Below are positions 50,263-63,995 of a DNA stretch of 64,000 nucleotides, one piece after another. Within the stretch, counting starts at the first letter, position 1, and each line of letters opens with the position of its first letter. Below the pieces are notes generated by a model. It saw nothing but the letters and a program-made list of their open reading frames with translations. It was not told the origin of the DNA and did not search any database. Where the stretch lies: NCBI GenBank assembly GCA_973895155.1, contig OZ316892.1:27179233-27243232 (forward strand), given 5' to 3'. This DNA is from Marsupella aquatica. Its lineage: Eukaryota; Plantae; Marchantiophyta. The translations under genes and the position numbers were made by a program.

Positions 50263-50585
50263 TGTGCGGAGAAATCAGATCAGGAAAAACACTCCAAACA
50301 TACACGTGCTCAATAGTTATGTGGTTCACCTCAAGGTTGGCTACGTCATGGGAAGACCAAGCTTTATTAATGGTTATGTGTCTACTCAAGCATCACCATA
50401 GCTCTCATCTCTTCAAGCTCTCATCTCTTGCTATATCATTGTGTTCTCTCTTGAGAACTCTCTTGTGTGTTCTCACTCCACATAGAAGTTGAAGAGATAA
50501 GGACCAATCTCTTCAACTAGGGTTTACTCTAACCCTAGTTAACATACTAACCATAGTTCAACCCAAGATTGAGTTAACCTCTACA
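50263..50585 (-). repeat. C1 5' LTR
   Basis: TG...CA, adjacent to the PBS. Confidence 0.95.
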
Positions 50586-53500
50586 ATGCAAAGGCAATCC
50601 CCAAAGTCTGAATACGTGATTAAACACCATTGATGCTACTTCCCGTGCCAAAACTGTCTTGCGCGTAGGAAGGAAAAATGTCATCTTAGAAAAACGATCG
50701 ACGATTGTTAAGATGACATCATAGCTATGGGATGATGAAAGACTTTGGATAAAATCCATGGAGATGGACTCCCAAGGTTCGGAAGCCACGGGTAAGGGTT
50801 GCAAGAGTCCTCATTTCGCTTTGTAAACCGTTCGGTTTTTCTAGCATGAGTAACAACTTTGCACATGTTGGAGTATTGAATTTTTCATGTCTGGCCAATA
50901 CACGTTGCGGGACATACTTGAATAAGTAGAACGTTGTCCCCCATGCCCATCCCAAGGCGAGTCATGGTACTTTCTCAGAATCTCTAATCTGAGTGACTCA
51001 GGAATGTAGACGCGACTCTGTTTGTATTGCCATAAATTGACATTATAGTTCTTGTCCAACACCCAAGACACATGCCGTATCTTTCCTTGGACACCCCCTT
51101 TTGTTGCCACTCTTGCGCAAGTCAGTCGTCCGCGTATTGGGCAGCCAAGAGCATGGGCCATTTGGTTTCCAGCATTAAAATGTCATTGGCACGATGATGC
51201 TCTTGCCTAGAAAGTGCATCAGCAGCCTTATTAATATTCCCTGGGACATGTTGTACTTCAAAGTCAAAGTTTGCAAGGAACATTTGCCAACGCATTTCTT
51301 TGGGACTCAATCGAGGCTTGAAATTGAAGTACCCTGCTGGCGAGCTATCTGAATGGACCACAAACTTAGGGCCGTTACGTAGATAGAACTCCCACTTTTT
51401 AATTGCATGGATGACGGCATACAATTCACGTTCTGGGGTGATCCAATGATTCTCTAGCTTACAAGACTCAAAAGCTACTGGGCGCCCGTCTTGATGAAGA
51501 CAAGCGCCAATAGCAAAATCAGAGGCATCGGTCCATATCTCAAATAGTTTTCCAACTTCCGGTAATTTGAGAACCGGAGGAGTCACCATCCGGCGCTTAA
51601 GTTCAAGAAATGCTATTTCGCAATCTTGGGTCCAAACAAACACTTTATATGTCAATGTTAACATTGTTAACGGTCTAGAAAGGCGTGCAAAGCCTTGGAT
51701 GTAATGTCGATAAAAACCCACAAATCCCCAAAAGGACCTAACCTATTTGGCTCTTGCAGGTCGTTCCCAATCACGAATATCAATGAGTTTGTCATGGCTT
51801 GGTTTGATGCCATCCTTGGTAAAGGTGTGCCCTAAAAATTGGATTTCATTCATGGCAAACTCACATTTGCTTGGTTTATCAAAGAGATGAGCTTTGCGCA
51901 AACGCCGAAGCACTTCCTTTAGTAATTGCTCATGCTCTTCCATGGTTTTTGAATAAATCAAGATGTCGTCAATGAAGACAACTACTCCTTGATCCAACAA
52001 ATCATGAAAAATTGTGTTTATCATTTTCATGAACGTGGCTGTGGCATTGCATAATCCAAATGGCATTACCAAATACTCAAAGGATCCAAACCTGGTACGC
52101 ATGGCGGTTTTATATTCATCGTCTTTTGCCATACGAATTTGATAATAATCGGATCGTAAGTCTACCTTAGAAAACTTCCGAGCACCTGAGAGCGAGCCAA
52201 ATAAATCATCCATATGAGGTAGCGGATAGCGATTCTTGACCGTTTGTTTGTTGAGGGCTCGATAATCAGCACAAAGTTGTAAGGTTCTGTCTTTCTTGGC
52301 CACAAATAGCGCGGGTGCACCATAAGGGCTCTTACTAGGCCTGATAAACCCTTGATTAATCAATTCATCTAATGCTTCCTTGAGCATTCCACGTTTGTTC
52401 AAGTTCAAACGGTAAGGGGCCTTCGCTTGAGGAGTCGAAACCGGTTCCAGCTCAACTTGGTGATCAACTTCTCTTCGTGGAGGTAATCCCTTAGGTAACT
52501 TTTGCGATAAAACATCACTGAATTCCTTCAAAATTTCAGGAATTCGTCCGCAATCGGGGCCAATTGTTACTGTCTTAGACTTATTCATAGAGCTCTTAGT
52601 TGGATGGAGATGAAAAAAGAAACATTCATGTCCACCCTTGAAGTCCTTCCACCATTGCTTGGCCGAAATACAAGGGGTCAACCATGACACTGTACTTACT
52701 TGGAGAAACTTTTCTTTATTCTCAGAAATTTCATGTACAATGATGGGATTACCTCCCGTACTCGGGAAAATCAACAATGCCTTGCTAGGTTGAAGAGTAA
52801 TATTATGCTTACGGAGGTAGCCTATAGACAATATAAAGTCTACCTCCAAGCCATCTAAAACAAAGAACCTTTCCTAGCTTACAAAATTCCTATCTTTGCC
52901 AACAACTTCTACTTTGAGATGTCTGACTACTTTTGAAACTAATCCTTGGGTGTCATTGGCAAACTTACACACCAAGGGATCTAACAACTCGTGCACGGTT
53001 GCTCCGCTACGTTTGACTGCCGCCTTGCTTATGAAGTTGGCAGTCGCACCTGAATCAATCAAAGCAACATCCCGACAATTGTTAGCTAATGTTTCAATTA
53101 GGATAAGTTTTGCAAGATCGTCTACCTTTGCATCAATAATCTTCTCTAGCAACACTTTGTCTATATCAATGATGGAATTACCGTAAGGAGCTCTAGCATC
53201 TAACAGAAGATTGGTTAGAGCAATACTCACCTTAACGCTTTTAGACCCCGCATCCAAATTAGGTTTGGCGCCCTTGCGTGGACACTCCTTACTTAGATGA
53301 CCAGGCTCGCCACATTCAAAGCAAAGCCCTTCCAACTTGCGCTTTTCCTTGATTGCTTCACGTTTTGCTTTTTCAGATGATGATTGACCTGGCCTGGGCA
53401 AAAACTTCCATCCACGTTTGGGGTGGACGGAAGGTCCATGAGAGTTTGCATCTGAACTCGGTCGCTCTTGTTGCTTACGCTTAGCACCAAAAACTTTGAG

Positions 53501-54669
53501 TTTCTTACTCTCCGCTAGCTCGGATTGCTCTTTGCCACCAACCTTAGCCAAACCAGGACGATTGTTCACCAATGTTGTGGCTCGGTCAAAGGCATTAGTG
53601 AGTTGTTTAAATTCATGCTGCCTATCTTGCAATTTTTCATGGAGCAACGGTGGAAGCTTGACAATGAAATTATGCAATTGCGTTGAAAGGGTTTCATCCC
53701 CTTCCGAAATACACGCCAATTGCATCTGATAGTAGGCGATATACTTTTGTATATCGCCTCTATAAGTCATTTCAGAGACACACTTCTTTGCGTGTCGCTC
53801 CGGATACTTGGTGGTGACATTGAGCCGGAGATCTTCAACCATGTCTTTCCAAACAAGCGGTTAACCACTAGCCTCGAGAGTCTTTACCCAAGACTTGTAC
53901 CAAGTTAAGGCATACTCTCGCAGATACGGGGCGGCAGCGGAGGCCCAAGTGGATGGGGCAGCACATGCTTGGAGATGGATCTCCATAGTAGTGAACCATT
54001 GCCAAAACTTTTGTCCACTTTGTTCATAGGCTCCATCATAAGTCGGGGGTGTGGGCAACTGATTGACTTGCACCATACCCTTTCTATTAGGCCAGTCACC
54101 CTTGTCGCTTTTGACAAGTTCTTTGCCCAAGTTTAAAATGTAAATTACTGGGCATTTTTGTCAACGTCGAGCGTCAAATAAATTTGGCGCTGCTTGGCGG
54201 TCAGCTGGTCCAAGAAGGTCACGGACCTACTTGGTAACATGGTTGTGCCTGATGAATGTTTCTCTTTTGGTCTCCTCTCTTGAGTCCCCGGTTCCTCCTC
54301 TAAAAAGGCTTCCTTGACTGGTGGGGGCTCAGAATCACCCGCAATGTCCTCACCATCAAGCCCCAGATTATCCATAATCAAATCATCATCATGCTCATCA
54401 TTTGAAAAATCAAGCTCGTGAGCGGCAGGGCTAACTTCCTCTTTTTCAAAGTAGTCAGCCCGTGGATCGCCAAGGCTTGCGACGCTAGCGGGGGTTGTAT
54501 CATTTGCCTTACTCTTATGTCGTTGTCCAGAGATTTTTGGCAGAGTAAGAGGGTCGGAATGAAGCCCCCCTACTATCATCCCACTCATTGGAGTGAATGG
54601 AGGGGCGTGAGCCACTTCAGCCATTGATTTTGCCTTGATACGTCGCTTTCGCCCTTTCCCCTTGGCCAT
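50586..54669 (-). pseudogene. G2 gag-protease-RT-RNase H-integrase N-terminal part
   Basis: Collinear ORFs 54145-54942, 53861-54130, 52874-53842, 51743-52849, 51122-51721, 50841-51161 and 50574-50804, broken by stops and frameshifts. Confidence 0.9.
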
Positions 54670-54793
54670 CCCAAGATCGATTGCAAATGCTTTCAGTCGC
54701 ACCACCAAGCCCAAGCCGTTAAGATAAGCCCCCGCAAAAAAAATTTGCTTATTTTCTTTTGGATTCTGACTTAACTTGACGTTTGGCCCCGGC

Positions 54794-56975
54794 GTCTTTA
54801 CTATCTGCACAAGCAACCAACCAATTGGTAAGAACCCGTCTTGATCTCGGAACTCCCAAGACCATTGTCTTGCATCAAGCTCAATAGTCGTTAGTAAGTA
54901 GGTCAGCGGATAGAACCTCCCAGGCCCGCATGGCCTTGCCATAAGCTGAAACTAAGGTTGGCATCATTGTTCGTCCAGAACAATCTATCTATCGGATGTC
55001 GCCCAAGCTTTCCCACTTTCTATCCTCGGGGGTCTCACTATATGGGGACCTCCCCATCGCCTGCGACGTTTTTAGGCCTCGGACCCCCTAAAATGTAAGA
55101 AATTTTTTAAATTTTTTAACCCCTATAGAGTTGGAATATTCTTGGAATATTCTAAAAATTGGATTAAAAATACCCTAATATTCTTATAAGTCTCAAAATT
55201 GAATTTAAAAGACCCTATTGTTCTTCTACAAAAATTCTTAAGTCTTCCCTTAGAACCAATAAAATGACCCTATTCTTCGTCGCACGTGATATGTCATTTT
55301 TGTGGAAGTGAAACCCCCGAGTTTCTATCCGTCAATGGCTGACCGCCCTGCCTCCAGGACGTGCCCATGGCCCAAACTCAGTTTGTCACAAACTAGTAGT
55401 AACACGCCGGGACCATTCAGTTTCTAGATCTTAGCCACCTCTTTGCGAAACCGGGTTCTGCTCAACCTCTCATCATGCATCGGGACCAGATCTCAACGGC
55501 AGCCCCCAGAGTCTACTTGGTTCTACCTCTTCAACATCAGGTCCCCGTGGGAACCAAATGCGGTTTGGTCACTGTTCAACTTTGGATCGGCAAGAGGGAC
55601 TCCCCCCATTGCAAGCCTCAAAACCAAAACCATCCAATGCACAATCAGAGAGCACCATGAGGTAGATTTCTTCATTAGCTTTCCAACGAGCCCAAGAACT
55701 TCCCCAATGGAGATCCGGTCGTCGAGTTATGCTTGTTTCCGCTTCAAAACTTGAAACGACGTATCTTCGTCGATCGCGATCAGCTCGAGCTCAAACTTGA
55801 GAGGACCACTCCCCTCATATATGCTTCTAGGGACCTGCCACCCCCGGACCAGCTTTGGTCCCCTATCTTTGGCCCTCCTACCCGAGGGTCCGTGGGCCCC
55901 GCCACTTAGCTCAAAACGAAGATAATCGAAAACCTTTCGTAACTTGGCCTCGAGCACAAATTGTGGCATAGGGGGCTAAAAGTTGCGGCCCTAAACCTGC
56001 TCTGGTCTAGGCAACCCCCCGGTCCAGGAAACCCCCTCTTAATCCATCGATGCGCGGTGACTCTAATCAAGTCTAAATTGACCATAATTTTTGGCCCCTA
56101 GGTCCGTTGGCCAAAAAATACACGGCCCCATGATCGGGCTCATGTGGGGCTTCTTGGGCCCCTATGGTGATCCGTTGGAAAAATAGTTCATTTTTTTGTG
56201 ATCGGCAACGGGCCCAAACTACAAGTATGCGGCTTGAGTCGACCCCTGGGTCCGTTGGCCGAGAAATATGCGGCCCCATGATTGGGCTCATGTGGGGCTT
56301 CTCGGGCCCCTATGGTGATCCATTGGAAAATAGTTCATTTTTCCATGATCGGCAATGGGCCCAAACTACAAGTATGCGGCTTGAGTCGGCCATAACTTTT
56401 GGCCCCTGGGTCAGTTGGCCAAGAAATATGCGGCCTCATGATCGGGTTCATGTGGGGCTTCTTGGGCCCCTATGGTGATCCGTTGGAAAAATAGTTCATT
56501 TTTCCATGATCGGCAACGGGCCCAATAGAGTTAATTGGAGCGCGCTTTTCTCAAGTCTTGTCCTTGCTCTTACTAGCCTCCTCTTTGTTAGTCGCATCCC
56601 TAATGGCCATGATGGTAGCAAATCTAAGAGGGGCTCAACGCTGGAGTTAGGCAACGCCAGAGCAATTATGAGTAGGTGAAAGTTGTATTCGCGACTTGCA
56701 CCCCCCCTTTTTAAATGGTTGACGTCTGCGTCAACCAAATGGGTACCATACCACACGCCTAGACCAATTGGCGTCTAGAAGGTGATGTAAGGTAACAAGT
56801 GGTCCGTCCTATAAGGTAGACACGGACCTAGTTGAAGTGCGCATCTCAAGTCTTAGAGAAATTCAACTTATCTAACAAATGAGTTAGATGTCAGTATGCT
56901 TGGGCAAGCCGACTCCTTGTCCAACAAACCCTTCAACATTTCCCGAAGATAACTCCCACAGGTTTGATCAAACTT
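54794..56975 (-). repeat. G2 5' LTR remnant (trimmed at both ends, carries a MITE)
   Basis: Direct repeat of 36675-38385, with about three subrepeat units versus about two in the other copy. Confidence 0.85.
55025..55321. mobile_element. MITE, 297 bp, 15-bp TIR, 8-bp TSD
   Basis: CTCGGGGGTCTCACT...AGTGAAACCCCCGAG flanked by TTTCTATC on both sides; the empty site is visible in the other LTR at ~36900. Confidence 0.95.
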
Positions 56976-58422
56976 AGAGTATGTTGTTGCCTATGCTTCA
57001 CGCAGTAACAACAAGGCAGAAAGAAACTACACATCCTATGAAGGAGAGCTACTTGCTATGGTATGGGTTGTGGTACATTTCCAACCATACCTATATGGTA
57101 AGAAGTTTGTGTTGTTCACAGATCATCAGCCACTTAAATGGTTGATGACTAACGATAAATTGACCAGTAAGTTAGCTAGGTGGCATTGATCTTGCAAGAG
57201 TACACTTTTGATGTCATCTATCAACCAGGAGTCACCCATCAGAATGCTGATGCAATGTCACGCAGTCCTCTGAGTACAACCAAAGATCACGGCTGCAAGA
57301 CAAGATTTTGATGCTACAGCCGAACCAACCGCTACTGCATGCTTGACACTATTGGCGGATGTGTAGGTTGTTGAGGTTACATCTGTAGATATATGGAACG
57401 ATTATGCAACCCTACACTATATACAACAGGGGGATTTAATTCCTTCTAATGCTACCCTCATGGAGAGAGACCGCATCCAGCACAGAGCACGTCGATATGC
57501 ATGGAAGGGTAACCATTTGATCCAACTATTCCCATCAGGGGATCGAGTGGTTCCACGTGTGTTGGAGAGACCAGCACTGATACAGAAGATCCATTCCGAG
57601 TTGGGGCATTTTGGCATGAAACGCACCCACAGCTTGCTCACTCCTCACTTCACGTGGCGAGGTATATACACGCAAGTGAGGGATGTGTTGGCTCGATGTG
57701 CAGAATGCAATCGAGTAAAGAGTTCATTCTCAGACCGCCAAATGCAGTTGCGACCTCTACCAATTCAAAGGTTATTCTACCGTTGGTCATGTGACTTGGC
57801 TGGTGAATTATCGATTACACTCAGGGGTAATATCTTTGTGATGATTATAATTGAGCACTTTTCAAAATAGATTGAGTTAGTGCCACTGCGTAACAAGTCA
57901 TCCCACATCACCAGCCAGGAATTTCTACAACGGGTTCTCAATCAGTTTGGCGCATGTGCTGAATGCTTAACTGATCAGGGAACAGAGTTCAGAGGAGAGT
58001 TTCAAGACCTCCTCGACCATGCGCTCATTGATCACAGGAGGATATCACGCGATCATCCACAAGCTGATGGTCTTACAGAACGCATGGTCTAGACATGTAA
58101 GAAAGAGCTACGCAAGATTTTCCTTACCAAAAACAAGGTTGATTGGGATCTACAACTACCCTATATTGCTATGGGTTACCGTATGTCCAAGCATGCAACT
58201 CTTTCATCATTTTCTCCTTATTTTCAGTTATTTGGTCGACATCCGGTACCACCCTCTGCCATTGCACCGCAGATGGACCAGGTAGTGGACCTAGACAATG
58301 AGCAGGTTTCGGCTCAGGTCATTTCAGACATAGCAGCTTTGTTCAAGCGAGTCATGCCTATGGCCATGCAAAACCTTTGCATTGCTCAACATTGGGATAC
58401 TTTGTGCTATGCTTACACCCGT
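56976..58422 (+). pseudogene. G1 RNase H (rest) and integrase
   Basis: EYVVAYASRS, FTDHQPLKWL, HSELGHFG...CAEC, LTDQGTEF, HPQADGLTERMV; multiple stops. Confidence 0.9.
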
Positions 58423-59266
58423 TGTCACGTGGACTTTAAGTTAGGGGCTCCTCGGGCAAACTACTCGCTTCTGGCTGCGATCAGGACAGGTGACAAGCAA
58501 TTTTCGGAGCAAACTCTCACTCCTTTATATTTTTTACTTTTCTCACAAAGTTTACAATAGGTGCCCTCAAGTAAGCTTGCCCGCAAGAGTCTGGTAGCTG
58601 GCCCTACGGCGGGCCGCTACCTCTAACTTATTGGGTAGAACTCCTCGAGTGACTAACTACTCGAAATCTGACGGAAAAATTATCCTCCTTAGTTCACAAA
58701 ACCAAAACTCGACTAGCTACTCTACTAGTCTAAAACAGCTCGCACGGAACTCGGGCCTGGACCAACGAGGCTCCAGACTTGAGAAACTCCCCACCTGGAT
58801 CAATGAGACTCCAGACTCAAGAAACTCCCCGCCTAGATCAACGAGACTCTAGACTCGAGAAACTCCCCGCCTGGATCAGAAACTCCTTGCCTGGATCGAA
58901 AACTCACTCAGAACTCCAAAACCGACGCACAACAGCCGAGTCCCGCAGAACGGAGCGGAACTCACAGAACGTAATTCAACTGACCTCAATAGACAACCGT
59001 CAACCACAATGAGCCAAGTCTTAAGTAGCATCAGAAACCCAACCATCCAGCCTGAGCCAGCTGCCATCAGCGAGGCTCATCCAAACTCCAAGCCTGGTGA
59101 CTCATCCAAACTCCAAACCTGGTGACGACGAGTCACCCAATCGCCAAACCTCAATCCATCCAACCAAGCAGCCTCTCCGAGTCAACATGCATGCAACCCA
59201 ACCGGGAAGCCTCGTCCATCATCCCCTATAAAAGCCATTCCTGAGCCGAAATCATTCGGCACGACA
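58423..59266 (-). repeat. G3 3' LTR with internal ~39-bp subrepeats (58750-58900)
   Basis: TGTCACG...CACGACA followed by TCCTCCCCC (PPT complement). Confidence 0.85.
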
Positions 59267-59311
59267 TCCTCCCCCAATAAACCTGAGCAGCCTCCGGTCT
59301 GCTCCAATCCT

Positions 59312-62300
59312 TCAGATTTCCTCCAAGTCTGAGTCTGAACTCGAGCCATGCGCCTGGACCACTTCCTCCTCAAGAAACTCAAACCCAAAGCCTTCAGACT
59401 CGGCCTTAGGCACTCCACTTTCCAGAAACCCAAAATCCAACTCATCCGAATCGGAACCAGTCAAGTCACTTCCGAAACTCAAGCCCATCGGATGCGCCTG
59501 GACCAGCGCCTCGTCTTCAAACTCACTCAAGTCGGAACTTGAGTCCATTCCCTTCTCAGTCCTCCTCTTGAAGATCTTCACCCTTTTCCCTGCGTAAGGT
59601 ACTTGGTGAACCGTCCCATCCAACTCCCGAATAGTGTAGGTCGCATTCGCATGAACAGCAACCACCACATACGGACCTTGCCACCTCCGAGCAAACTTGT
59701 TTCGGCTCAAGTGTTGCTCGTCCAACTTACTTTCGTAAACCAGAACCCAATCCCCTTCCTTAACCAAGACAGGTCTCAACCGATGAGTCCTGTCGAACCT
59801 ACCCTTGTTCCTTAACCTTGCCATCTTCAATTGCTTCCGAGCCACCTCAATCTTTGCAGGTAACAAGTTGAAGTGTCCGATTCTTCGAGCCAGCAACTCC
59901 TCTCTCGAAACTTCATCTTTCTATCCAATCAGTCGCCAGCTGCAAACATCTTCTTCGAGTGGCATCATCGGCAAGTGCCCAGTAAGTAGCTCAGCCGGAA
60001 CGTATCCGGTCACTGAGCTACATGTCATCCGATCCGCTAGCAGAGCAAGTGGAAGGAGACTCAACCACCTGCCCAAGTCCCCATCACAAGCCTTAGCCAA
60101 AGCGCCCACAATCTGCATGTGCCCCCTTTCAGACTTCCCATTGCCTTCCGGATTATAACTCGAAGTCAGCTTCAGTTTGATGCGGTATTGGTTGAAAAAC
60201 TCTTGCGCTTCCTTGGAGCTGAGATCCCCCCTATCAGCCCTGATCCTCGTAAAGCACCCATGCCTTGCAATGATATCCTCAAGTATGAACTGGCAAACGG
60301 CAGCAGTAGTGTTTGAAACCAGCGCTCTCCCTTCCACATAAGAAGACAAGTCTTCTCTTGCCAAAACCAAGTATCTTGCTCCATTACTCTCTCTTGGCAT
60401 GTACACCACATCAACAGCCCATTGAAAGTGTAGAGCCACGGGGTAAGTCGGAACCAATCCATCCCTATGTCGGATCCTCGAGTAAAACTGGCAAATCTCA
60501 CAAGTCTCGACATAGTCTCGAACGGCCAAGTACAAACTTGGCCACCAGTACAGCTTCCGAACCCTTTCGTAAGTCGAATGCACCCCTTTGTGCCCAGCCA
60601 TGTCAGCATCATGGCTCTCTTTGAGAATTCGGTCTTTCTCACCCTTTGTATCCACAACCCTCTGCAACAACTGACTTGGGTCCTTATGCCTTCGCCACAA
60701 ATAACCCTCCCTCAATAGGAACTTGTAAGATCTCTTCCGGATCTTGACGAACTCCTGGTAACTCCACTATGGTTGCTTCTCCAAAGTGCTAATGTAACGC
60801 CCGATATCCAGCAACTCTCCCGAGTAGAGTTCCTCCTTGAACTCTAGACTTCCAACACTTTTGGTTCTGGTCACCTCGCCAACTCTCGTTGCTACCTCAT
60901 TTCCGAATCTCGCCCTCGACAGCATGTCGGCAACCGGATTATCCTTTCCCGCAATGTGACTTAGCTCAGGGTGAACATCCGAATGAAAGCGATCCACCTG
61001 AGCATCGCTATGTCAGGCGTGTCACAATTCGCGATCATCCCCAGCAGCGATTGGCAATCAGTCTCAACCACCATCGGCGCCCCAATCAAATAGTTCCTCT
61101 CCTGATGGAGTGCCACCTTGGCACCCCAAAGTTCTCTCTTAACTTGGGCATATCTCCTTTGCCTTTCCGTAAAAATTTTCGCCCCAAATCTGATCGCATA
61201 CCTTTCTCCATTCTCGTCATCTTGCCCAACAGCCCACCCGGCTGCGAACGAACTCGCATCAACAGTCATGATCAGTGGTCGCCCGCTCTCATAGTCCGCA
61301 GCTCGGAGAACTGGTGGGCTCATGAGAGCTCTCTTAAGCTTAGCCATTGCTTCACTATGCTCGGGTAGCCATCTCCACTTAACCTTTTTCCTCAATAGCT
61401 CATAGAGCGGGTCCGCCAGGTGCGAGAAGTGAGGGATCCAGATCTTGTAAAAGACACAAGCACCCAGAAACCTTCAAACTTCCGGCACCGATTTGCAATC
61501 CTTCATCTCGCTAATAGCTCTCACCTTATCCATGTTCGGTTTCCTCCCATAAGATCCGCACATTTGCCCAACGACTTTCACTTCTTTCATCCCGAATTCA
61601 AACTTCTCCCCCGAAAGAGTGACTCCCACATCAATCAGCTTCTCGAGAACCGCCTTAACATCCGCAATGTGATCCCACACAAACTGCCGGATCCCATCAC
61701 TTCTCAAGGTCTCATCCCTCCCTTCAGCCAAGCACCCTTTTATTGGGACATCGTCAATAAACGGTCTCGCTTTTTCCGGAATGAACGGCTCCAAGATTTT
61801 GCTCATTGCATTTTGCATGTGCGCAACTGAGTTCGTCGCCCCTTGAGGAAGAGTGCACATCCTCAAGAGGCCCAACGGAGTCCTCATAGTCGTAATGTCT
61901 CGGCTCTCTTGCGCCAACTGGAACTGGTCGTAACCCAAAAACAAATCACCCATGGAGTAGATCGCCCTTCCAGCGAACTCCTCCGCAAACTCATCCACGA
62001 GTGGCCCAACTCCCACATTCCTGATGGTCACCTTGTTCGGAGGTTGCATATCCTGAATGAACCTCAAGCTTCCATTCTTCTTTCTCACCGTAAACCATCT
62101 GTTCGAGTAGGGAGCATCAGACCTCTCAAGAATCCTAGCACTCAGCTTCTCCTTAAGCAGTTCCGCAAGCTTTGGAGCTAAAGCCCGCGGAACCAAAATC
62201 GGTTTCAGATCCCACGGAACATGAGGGATGGTAAAGATGACCATCGGTGTCACCTTACTTGGATCCGCACAACCAATCTCCTCAATCGAAAACGAGAATG

Positions 62301-63995
62301 CCTTACCATGCTCCATTATCATTTTTTGAAATGCCACTTGCTCCACCTCCGTAAGTAACCCATCCAAACCAACCTTTAGCTTTGCCAAACTCTCTTGAGT
62401 AAACTTATGCCCTATCCGATCAGTTGGCCTCAGCCTTGGTTCCAATCTTGCTCGATCCATAACCTCCATCGCATCGTCCGGCAAAGGTATCGCCGCCGGC
62501 CTCACCTTCTTGTCAACCGTTTTGTATTTGGTACTCAAGTATACAAGCATGGCCATAGACGAGTACTGCCTTTCCAACTCCTTCTCCAGCTTGTCCATTC
62601 CCAAGTTAGACTCTGCACATTTGAGTGGCTCTTCCTCTCCATTATCCATCGTATTTTCCCTTTCACAAGGAGCTAAGGAACGAGCACTCCGCTGATCCAC
62701 TCTTTTCAGCAAAGTGCCAAGTCGTTTTCCGGACCTGGACCGGAATTGACACTCTCAGTCCTCAACCCTTTCCTATTCCTCTCGTTTCCAGGTAAAACAG
62801 CCGGAAATTGAACCACCTCTTTCCCATCTTTGCTCCGAACCTTCACCATGAAGGTAGTATCATCCAGAACCTTTGTCTCCATCCTCCATTCAGTGATGAA
62901 CGGCATGCCCAGTATCACCGGAAACGACAAGTGCTCATGAACAAAAATGTTGCAAGCCTGCTTGACATTCCCAAACTTCACCATCACATTTGGACATCCG
63001 CCCCAAAGATAGTCCTTCATTGAACTGACCGAGTTCACACTCCAAAGCAACTCATTGTCCACCGGCCAATTCCCCTTTTGAAACACCTTTGGATCCATCA
63101 AGTTGATCTCCGAGCCAGTATCAATGAGCGCCCGCACCTTGCCTTCCATTCCTTCCAACTGGCACTCGCTCTCCGGACTTGCTCGAGCCCAGTATCCATC
63201 CCGGTAAGCGTAACCGTTTCCCTTCGTTGAGCCCATGACATGAATGGTCCTTGACTCCGCGGTAATGCTTTCTTGTTCTCCCCATTCGGTCGGGTCCCTG
63301 TTTGCCACAGACTCAGTTTCACTTTCAGCTCCCATGAGCTCCTCCTCCGCATCGAAGAACTCAATGTCCAAGTCCATGAGCTCCTCGTCAAGGGACTTGA
63401 CCCCCTTCGGTTTTCCCAAGCCTGACTCTTCGGGGACAGCAAGCTTACTACCTGAACCCATGGACACCCCAGCAGTATAAGTTCAGAAACTTCCAATTTC
63501 CGTCTCGCCAGCCTCCCCCATCAAGGTGTGAGGGCCCTCCTTGTAAATCCGTTTCCTCTTGGATCTCTCCAAGATCACTTCCTGGATCTCTCGCCTCATA
63601 CTGCCAAAGAACTCGGCGTTGGTAAACCCTTGAGCCTGTTGGCTCCAGAATTTCTCAGCTACGACCTCCGGGTACATGGTCTGGTCCACGTCCCTGCCAA
63701 GCACCCAGCCCGGGTCCTTCCTGATCGGTTTCCCTTTTTCCGGCTCTTTCTCGCTCATTTCCTCTTCTTTGAACCTAACCCTCCTTTCCTTGTCTCGAGT
63801 GTCCCGCCTCTCTCGTTCCCCTGATTGAGATGGAGTGTCATCCTCGTCGGTTTTCTTCCATTTTGACTCGACCGAGGAATCCCAACTAGCCCCAACCTCA
63901 ACCATTATCGCATTGATCAGCACCGGGTCACTCCATTCGGATCTCTCTCGCACCAGATCCGCCAAGCGCTTGTAAAACTTGTCCGTTTCCGTCAC
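59312..63995 (-). pseudogene. G3 gag(end)-protease-RT-RNase H-integrase with several stops and frameshifts
   Basis: Collinear ORFs 63483-63995, 62706-63467, 61474-62712, 60961-61395, 60767-60997, 59921-60715 and 59312-59896. Confidence 0.9.

Larger units (their letters stand above)
41259..50585 (-). mobile_element. Ty1/Copia element C1 inserted in G2 integrase
   Basis: LTRs 41259-41594 and 50263-50585 (TG...CA); TSD GTGCA/ATGCA; PBS at 50247-50260; PPT complement AACTCCCCCTT at 41595. The G2 frame WGLPLH|ILSDRD rejoins across it. Confidence 0.95.
36489..56975 (-). mobile_element. Chromovirus-type Gypsy element G2 inserted in G1 RNase H
   Basis: gag with CFECGEPGHLSKEC, protease LIDSGAT, RT (FIDDILI), RNase H (TDASDFAIG), integrase and chromodomain on the minus strand, between two long direct repeats. 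Confidence 0.9.
35662..58422 (+). mobile_element. Gypsy element G1 (internal pol fragment only), split by G2 and cut by G3 and CACTA B
   Basis: RT and RNase H start at 35662-36488 end at GQQDDG; the frame resumes at 56976 with EYVVAYASRSNNKAERNY, followed by integrase. Confidence 0.85.

Noticed and set aside
54670-54942. N-terminal extension of G2 gag (MARPCGPGRF...)
   Set aside because: It starts within LTR sequence whose sister copy has stops; the likely gag start is MAKGKGRK at 54669.
56080-56525. Long regularly spaced repeats as a CRISPR or ncRNA array
   Set aside because: Contiguous ~160-bp units without spacers, inside an LTR and also present in the sister LTR.
36489-56975. DIRS/Ngaro-type element with split direct repeats
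   Set aside because: It encodes a DDE integrase with chromodomain, no tyrosine recombinase was seen, and the extra terminal segments are not repeated.
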